From a virus, in IMG/VR virus record IMGVR_UViG_3300042937_000216, positions 1 to 64,000 of that record: a DNA stretch of 64,000 nucleotides. One strand, 5' to 3'. Numbering within the stretch: position 1 is the first letter of the stretch; each line of letters starts with the position of its first letter. Below, one piece after another: positions 57,855-64,000 of this stretch. The notes under the pieces were generated by a model. The model saw only the letters and a list, made by a program, of their open reading frames with translations. It was not told the DNA's origin and did not search any database. The position numbers and the translations under genes were made by a program.

Positions 57855-58526
57855 ATGATAGTACGCAGTATATTAGTACATCCAAATCAACAGAGCCTCA
57901 ACGGTGAATTGTTTAAAATGGCCAATGCTAGATTCGCTGAGTTGGGCTATACAGTTGAAACTTTAGATCTACATGCCAGCAAGGATGCTATTACTGAATC
58001 TTCTGAAATCTTGTATAAAACACCGAGACCAGATTCAGAGCGTAAATATAGATCAGTGTACAGTAATAATTATGGCAATGCTCGACAAGCAGGATTGCTA
58101 GGTGACTTTTCTAAAAATGAACTAGAAATGTTACAAAAAGCAGATCTGGTGTATGTTCAAACGCCTATATATGTTTGGTCAATACCTGCTATACTAAAGC
58201 TGTATATTGAAACTGTTTTTATAGATGATTATGTGTTTACTGTAACCGATGCCGGTGGAGATAAATTTCATATCGAGCCGCATTTAAAAGGTAAGCAAGT
58301 AGTGTTTAGTTTTACCACTGGTGGCCTGCCTAGTATGGCAACACAGGTATTAGGCAGCCCCGAAGCGTTAGTACAACCAGTCAAACCTATATTTGAATTT
58401 GTAGGATTTGAATGGTTACCCCACCATGTAACATGGGGAACATCAAAGTCACTCGATAAGTGTGACGAATATTTTAATCAATTTGGGGAGTATCTAAACA
58501 ATACTTTTCCGTTAACTGGAAGATAA
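57855..58526 (+). CDS. Flavodoxin-fold NAD(P)H:quinone oxidoreductase (KefF/MdaB-like)
   Basis: [12 protein letters not shown]....[20 protein letters not shown]....FTTGG. Confidence 0.8.
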   Translation: MIVRSILVHPNQQSLNGELFKMANARFAELGYTVETLDLHASKDAITESSEILYKTPRPDSERKYRSVYSNNYGNARQAGLLGDFSKNELEMLQKADLVYVQTPIYVWSIPAILKLYIETVFIDDYVFTVTDAGGDKFHIEPHLKGKQVVFSFTTGGLPSMATQVLGSPEALVQPVKPIFEFVGFEWLPHHVTWGTSKSLDKCDEYFNQFGEYLNNTFPLTGR

Positions 58527-58527
58527 T

Positions 58528-59814
58528 ATGGATTATAAAATCAAAGACATTGGACTTGCGGCGTGGGGTCATAAAGAAATAGCCATTGCTGAAACGGAAA
58601 TGCCGGGCCTAATGGCAGTACGTGAAGAATACAAAGAATCACAACCACTTAAAGGCGCTCGCATCGCAGGGTCACTACACATGACTATTCAAACTGCGGT
58701 ACTTGTACAGACTCTGATCGCGCTAGGAGCAACAGTGCGTTGGAGTAGTTGTAATATTTTTAGTACACAAGACCATGCCGCGGCTGCCTTAGCTGACCTG
58801 GGTATTCCTGTGTTTGCTTGGAAAGGTGAAACAGAGGAAGAATACTGGGATTGTATTCAACGCACCCTACATGGTCCAGATGGTTGGACACCTAATATGC
58901 TATTAGATGATGGACATGATCTAACCTATTATATACACAAACACCACCCGGGCCTATTAGGTAATATCCGTGGAGTGACAGAAGAAACCACAACTGGTAT
59001 ACACAAAATTAACGAAGCAATTGCCAAAGGTCAATTCCACCTGCGTGCTATTAACGTTAACGACTCAGTGACTAAAACTAAGTTTGATAATCTATACGGT
59101 TGTCGTGAAAGCCTAGTTGATGCTGTTAAACGTGCTACAGATGTTATGATTGCTGGTAAGATTGCTGTGGTAGCAGGCTATGGCGATGTAGGCAAAGGTT
59201 CAGCCGCTAGTCTACGTGCTCTGTCAGCTCAAGTTTGGGTAACTGAAGTAGATCCAATCTGCGCCTTACAGGCCGCAATGGAAGGTTACAAGGTTGTTAC
59301 CATGGACTATGCCGCAGACAAAGCAGACATCTTTGTAACAGCCACAGGTAACATCAATGTTATCACACACGATCATATGACGGCTATGAAGAACAACGCT
59401 ATTGTATGTAACATTGGTCACTTTGACAGCGAGATTGATATTGCTAGTATTGCTGGTTACGAGTGGGATGAAATCAAACCACAGGTAGATCATGTGACCA
59501 TGCCAAGTGGTCGTAAGATTATTGTTCTAGCTAAGGGACGACTAGTAAACTTAGGTTGCGGTACAGGACATCCTAGCTTTGTTATGTCAAACAGCTTTAC
59601 CAATCAAGTGCTAGCACAGATTGAAATGTTCCAAAACTGGGAAGACTACAATACTGGTAGTATTCATTTGTTGCCTAAACACCTAGATGAAAAAGTAGCT
59701 AAACTACACCTAGCACAAATTGGTGCGCAACTAACAGAGTTGTCAACGGATCAAGCTAACTACATTGGCGTTAGAGTAGAAGGTCCATATAAAGCAGAAA
59801 CATATAGGTACTAA
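58528..59814 (+). CDS. ahcY: Adenosylhomocysteinase (SAH hydrolase)
   Basis: [51 protein letters not shown]. Confidence 0.97.
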   Translation: MDYKIKDIGLAAWGHKEIAIAETEMPGLMAVREEYKESQPLKGARIAGSLHMTIQTAVLVQTLIALGATVRWSSCNIFSTQDHAAAALADLGIPVFAWKGETEEEYWDCIQRTLHGPDGWTPNMLLDDGHDLTYYIHKHHPGLLGNIRGVTEETTTGIHKINEAIAKGQFHLRAINVNDSVTKTKFDNLYGCRESLVDAVKRATDVMIAGKIAVVAGYGDVGKGSAASLRALSAQVWVTEVDPICALQAAMEGYKVVTMDYAADKADIFVTATGNINVITHDHMTAMKNNAIVCNIGHFDSEIDIASIAGYEWDEIKPQVDHVTMPSGRKIIVLAKGRLVNLGCGTGHPSFVMSNSFTNQVLAQIEMFQNWEDYNTGSIHLLPKHLDEKVAKLHLAQIGAQLTELSTDQANYIGVRVEGPYKAETYRY

Positions 59815-59818
59815 GATT

Positions 59819-60916
59819 ATGAAAATAACTAAAATCCCAGGGTTAGGTAGATTTGGAGTTATCATTGATGACTTAGATCTTAATAACATTACCAACGAAG
59901 AGTGGTTAGCTATTGGCCAGCAACATTTACAGAACCTTGTAACTGTTTTTAGAAAAGCCAATATAACCAAAGAGCGTCAAATTGAACTGACAAACATGTT
60001 AGGTGCTCAACGTTTTGGTACTAAAAATTACTTTATCAACAAGTATAAACAACCATGGGATCTTATTATTGCCTTGGCATTGGAAGATGACAAGTCAATT
60101 GATAGTTTAGATCGTACAGTGATACGTAGCTGTATTAGTGCGCAAGAGCACACAGATACAGGCTACGATATTACACGAGTACAGGGTGGATATGATGCCA
60201 ACGGCAATCCATTGGGTATGTTTGCTGAAGGTGAATTGTTGTGGCACAGTAACGAAAGTGGTACATTAACGTTTACTCCAGGTGTTAGTTTACTAGCGGC
60301 CAAAAACGTAGTAGGCAGTGCCACAGGATTCCTGACCACAACTGACTATTACGAATCAGTGCCGGATAGTTTTCGCCGTGAGTTAGATGAAATGATAGTC
60401 CTACATAGATTTACTCCGGGTAAGATCTGCCCTGGACTAAACAAAAAACAAGACATCATTATGAATCTTAACATGTGCCCATATGATGATACAGAAATTC
60501 CAATGATCATGACTAGCCCAGGCGGAGTCAAAGGTCTACACTATAGTGTTAACACAGTGTGGAGTATCAAAGGCATGACCAAGAAAGAAAGTGATAAAGT
60601 CTTTGCTCGTATTAACAAAGAATTATTTGTACCTGAGTACACCTACGATCATTGGTATGAAAACGAAGGCGATTGGTTATTATTTGATAACTCAATTACA
60701 CAGCACAGACGTTTGGGTAATATTAAAGATCGTTTATGCTATCGTATACAGCATGACTACACTAATATTCAAAATGGTGTTTGGTATCCTTACGCACAGA
60801 AAGATATTCAACGTAGATATGAGCAAGAAATACGTAGATTTATCAAAGCAACAGGACATAAAGATTTTAAACTACCACCACGTAGGCTCGCTGACTTTAT
60901 TCCTTTTTTTAAATAA
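59819..60916 (+). CDS. TauD/TfdA-family 2OG-Fe(II) dioxygenase
   Basis: WHSNES, GD.LLFDNSITQHRR. Confidence 0.75.
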   Translation: MKITKIPGLGRFGVIIDDLDLNNITNEEWLAIGQQHLQNLVTVFRKANITKERQIELTNMLGAQRFGTKNYFINKYKQPWDLIIALALEDDKSIDSLDRTVIRSCISAQEHTDTGYDITRVQGGYDANGNPLGMFAEGELLWHSNESGTLTFTPGVSLLAAKNVVGSATGFLTTTDYYESVPDSFRRELDEMIVLHRFTPGKICPGLNKKQDIIMNLNMCPYDDTEIPMIMTSPGGVKGLHYSVNTVWSIKGMTKKESDKVFARINKELFVPEYTYDHWYENEGDWLLFDNSITQHRRLGNIKDRLCYRIQHDYTNIQNGVWYPYAQKDIQRRYEQEIRRFIKATGHKDFKLPPRRLADFIPFFK

Positions 60917-60919
60917 CTA

Positions 60920-61453
60920 ATGCTTAATCAGTTGATATCTTTTTTTAAATCTAAAGAAAGTTATAGAACTCTACTAATGTTTGGGTCAGTTACTGACAGT
61001 GCCGCGGCAGAAATTACTGTCGACGGCACTATTGTACATTCTGGACCACTGACATCTGGTCTATTATTTAAATTTGTAACAAATGTAAAGGTACATGGAA
61101 CTGTAGACGTTAATATTAAATTAATCTATGGGTCATTTACTATTAATAATATTAGAGCCAGATACCCGGCACTAATTAATAATAGTTACCGAGGCTATAT
61201 AGACTTTCCACAACCAATTAGTCAACCCATTATTGATCACACACTACCACTAGTAGTCAATGATACTATATCATACAAACATTTTATGTATAATGGACCT
61301 AAGCAATGGTTAACAAATTCAAAATCAAACCAGCGTGTTGTAGTAATAGAAGATTATTACACAGCGGCCAAAACAGGCGTCATTAAAACAGATTGGCAGT
61401 ACTACTACAAGACTATTAATATAGAAGAATTAGATAATATAAATCTACACTAA
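60920..61453 (+). CDS. Hypothetical protein
   Basis: 177-aa ORF at the end of the operon. Confidence 0.55.
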   Translation: MLNQLISFFKSKESYRTLLMFGSVTDSAAAEITVDGTIVHSGPLTSGLLFKFVTNVKVHGTVDVNIKLIYGSFTINNIRARYPALINNSYRGYIDFPQPISQPIIDHTLPLVVNDTISYKHFMYNGPKQWLTNSKSNQRVVVIEDYYTAAKTGVIKTDWQYYYKTINIEELDNINLH

Positions 61454-61592
61454 CTAATTTGCTCAAAAAGCTGTTAAAACCCCGCTAGATCATTATATAA
61501 TATTTTATTGCTAGTATCAGCCATATAAATAAAACTGTGGCTTATACGCACCCATGTGGCATAAAAGCAACAATTAACAAAGAGGAAACACA

Positions 61593-62804
61593 ATGAAGAA
61601 ATTATTATTAGCAACACTATTAGCAAGTATGTACTCTACAGCTAACGCTGGCATTCAAATCCCAGCAGGTGACTGGACATTAGACATTGGTGGCGTGGTA
61701 AACGCTTACTATACTAATACACGCGGTACAGGTGATGTAGTAGTTGGTGGCCTTGGTGGTCCTAACAGCACAGGCCAACGTAATGAATCAAATATTACAA
61801 CTGGTTTATTACCAAACGTATTATCAGTTTCTGGTAAATCACGTCAAAATGATTTAGACATCGGTTTTACTATCGCAATTAATCCAGGCGCTTCAACTAC
61901 AGCGGCTGGTGATCAAGGCGCTAACCAAGAAAATCGTCAAGCATTTTTAACCATTGGTGACAAATCATGGGGTAGCGTAAAACTAGGTAAAGACCTAGGC
62001 ATTTTCGCTAGTGATGCTATCTTAAATGATATGACATTGTTGGGTGTAGGTTCTGGTGCTGGCGCACTAGCTGGTAACACAACAACATTGGGTCGTATTG
62101 GTACTGGCTTCATGTACGCTGATTGGAAATCACAAATTGCTTACACATCACCAAACTTTAATGGCTTTAGCTTTACGGCTGGTGTAACACAAGCATGGAA
62201 TGCTCAAACAGCTGACCTAAGTGCTGTGACTGCGGGTGTACAAGCTGCTTCAGCAACTTCAACAGGCCGTGGCGGTGCTCAACCAGCATTTGAAGGTAAA
62301 CTATCATACTCATTAGAAGGTCCTATCGCTGCTAAAGTATGGTCAAGTGCTATTTCACAAAAAGTTGAAGGTGTAACTGGCTCTGCAGCAGATGACCGCG
62401 CTTATGCTTGGGACGTTGGTACAAACTTGGCTGCTGGCCCATATGGTTTAACTGCTTACTACTTTGATGGTAAAGGTATTGGCCGTACACTACAATTAGC
62501 TGATGGTTTTGATACTACTGGTCGCCGTCGTGATTCAAACGGCGGATACGTTCAAGGTACATACACATTGCCTACAGCTACTAAACTTGGCGTAAGCTGG
62601 GGTCAAAGTAAACTAGATCGTAATAGTGGTGAAACAGCTACCGCATTAGTTTCGAAAAACGAAATGTGGACAGTTGGTGCTTATCACCCACTTACAAAAC
62701 ACGTTAATCTAGTTGCTGAATACTCAGACGTTAAATCAGAAGCACAAAATGGTGCTGAAGGTAAATCACGTTCAGTATCAGCAGGTGCTATCTTATTCTT
62801 CTAA
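61593..62804 (+). CDS. Gram-negative outer-membrane porin
   Basis: Signal peptide ..ANA, amphipathic beta-strands, IAYTSPNFNGF, C-terminal Phe; GAGG RBS; TATAAATA at 61524. Confidence 0.85.
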   Translation: MKKLLLATLLASMYSTANAGIQIPAGDWTLDIGGVVNAYYTNTRGTGDVVVGGLGGPNSTGQRNESNITTGLLPNVLSVSGKSRQNDLDIGFTIAINPGASTTAAGDQGANQENRQAFLTIGDKSWGSVKLGKDLGIFASDAILNDMTLLGVGSGAGALAGNTTTLGRIGTGFMYADWKSQIAYTSPNFNGFSFTAGVTQAWNAQTADLSAVTAGVQAASATSTGRGGAQPAFEGKLSYSLEGPIAAKVWSSAISQKVEGVTGSAADDRAYAWDVGTNLAAGPYGLTAYYFDGKGIGRTLQLADGFDTTGRRRDSNGGYVQGTYTLPTATKLGVSWGQSKLDRNSGETATALVSKNEMWTVGAYHPLTKHVNLVAEYSDVKSEAQNGAEGKSRSVSAGAILFF

Positions 62805-62828
62805 GATTTACTTCTTAGTTTAATAATT

Positions 62829-62855
62829 AAAAAGCCCCTTAACTGGGGCTTTTTT
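62829..62855 (+). terminator. Intrinsic terminator
   Basis: aaaagcccc/ggggctttt plus U-tract. Confidence 0.85.
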
Positions 62856-62859
62856 ACGG

Positions 62860-62899
62860 CTGTAATAAAAATTTAATCTGTTTGTAACACTACTGTAAT
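62860..62899 (+). promoter_or_regulatory. Putative Pho box (four heptamers at 11-nt period)
   Basis: CTGTAAT(62860), ATTTAAT(62871), TTGTAAC(62882), CTGTAAT(62893) versus consensus CTGTCAT. Confidence 0.65.
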
Positions 62900-62937
62900 C
62901 TTTGTGTGTTTAAATAATATATATAAGGGGAATATTA

Positions 62938-64000
62938 ATGACCATACAAAAGATTAAATCAATAATGTATTATGTAGTGATAGCACTAGCAGTATCAGTT
63001 GCAGGATTAAAGCAAGCGCATGCCGACAGCACTAGCGACATTGTTAACGCACTAGTTATGAAGGGTGTACTTACAGAAGAAGAAGGCGCACTTATAACCA
63101 AAGGACACAGCGGAGAAAAAGTAGCTGCTAAAAAAGAAAAAGACACTACTGTACATGCGGCTAGTAAAATGAACATTCGTGGCTATTTACAAGTGCGCAA
63201 TACTACTATGCTTAGTGGTGACGAAGGAGTCAACCTTTGGTCAGATCGATCTGTAGGTAATAAAAACTCTCTTGCTGATCAAGACAAAAACTTTCTTATC
63301 CGTCGAGCACGTGTGATCATTTCTGGTTCAGCTGGTGATCGTTTAGATTACTATATTCAACCCGACTTTGCTAGTACAGCAGGTACCACAGGTAACGTTG
63401 CTCAACTACGTGATGCTTACGGTGACGTGAATCTAACCAAAGACAAAGTACATCGTGTACGTGTAGGCCAAAGTAAAGTACCATATGGCTTTGAGAATTT
63501 ACAATCTTCACAAAATCGGTTAGCACTTGATCGTGCTGACGCATTTAATAGTGCGGTGCGTGATGAACGTGATTTAGGTGCGTTCTACTACTACACACCT
63601 GATAATATACAAAAGCTGTTTAAAGAAATACAAGATGCAGGATTAAAACATTCAGGAAACTACGGTATGTTTGGCATTGGTGTGTATAACGGTCAAGGTG
63701 CTAACCAACAAGATCGTAATGATAATTACCACACAGTAGCACGTCTTACTTACCCATGGAAAACAGAAAGCGGCCAAATATACGAAGCTGGTGTACAAGG
63801 TTATACAGGCAAGTATGTAAGAACAGGTAGTGCGTATAGAAGAAATATGGGCAACAACGTTTACGCAACTAAAACACCAACATTAGAACCAGGCAACACC
63901 ACTGGATTCAAAGACGAACGTATGGGTGTAAGTTTTATGATGTACCCACAACCGTTTGGTCTACAAGGTGAGTGGAACTGGGGCAAAACTCCTGGCTTAG
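62938..64000 (+). CDS. Phosphate-selective porin OprO/OprP-like (3' truncated by window; absent from ORF track)
   Basis: MTIQKIK..AHA signal; LVMKGVLTEEE, IRRARV, LRDAY, GQSKVPYGFENLQSS, RDLG motifs; AAGGGG RBS. Confidence 0.8.
   Translation, partial: MTIQKIKSIMYYVVIALAVSVAGLKQAHADSTSDIVNALVMKGVLTEEEGALITKGHSGEKVAAKKEKDTTVHAASKMNIRGYLQVRNTTMLSGDEGVNLWSDRSVGNKNSLADQDKNFLIRRARVIISGSAGDRLDYYIQPDFASTAGTTGNVAQLRDAYGDVNLTKDKVHRVRVGQSKVPYGFENLQSSQNRLALDRADAFNSAVRDERDLGAFYYYTPDNIQKLFKEIQDAGLKHSGNYGMFGIGVYNGQGANQQDRNDNYHTVARLTYPWKTESGQIYEAGVQGYTGKYVRTGSAYRRNMGNNVYATKTPTLEPGNTTGFKDERMGVSFMMYPQPFGLQGEWNWGKTPGL

Noticed and set aside
1-64000. Stop-codon reassignment
   Set aside because: Core genes are full length in code 11, all three stops are used, and there is no suppressor tRNA (tRNA-Leu UAG/UAA and Ser UGA are anticodons, not suppressors).

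Overview
64 kb from a large T4-like (Tevenvirales-style) myophage genome, standard genetic code, probably infecting a Gram-negative bacterium (the two porins look betaproteobacterial, which is inference). In order: tail-fibre and virion genes, neck (gp13/14/15), dNMP kinase, tail sheath and tube, gp4, terminase subunits and acidic head-type proteins (1-30.3 kb); gp32/uvsX/uvsY interleaved with radical-SAM, glycosyltransferase-like and methyltransferase genes, an HNH insertion, and a nuclease plus DNA methyltransferase pair (30.4-44.7 kb); an array of 26 tRNAs covering all 20 amino acids, with one aberrant tRNA-like gene and several unexplained structured RNAs (44.7-50 kb); and an auxiliary block (sugar-nucleotide enzymes, B12 radical SAM, desaturase, ahcY, TauD-like, two porins, one with a Pho box). 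The strongest candidate for a new system is at 44762-45035. An unannotated 43-codon leader peptide containing all 20 amino acids overlaps a ~26-bp antiterminator that competes with an intrinsic terminator at the head of the tRNA array. This fits a pan-amino-acid translation-sensing attenuator that would switch on phage tRNA transcription when any tRNA pool fails. All family assignments come from motif recognition by eye, not database searches.
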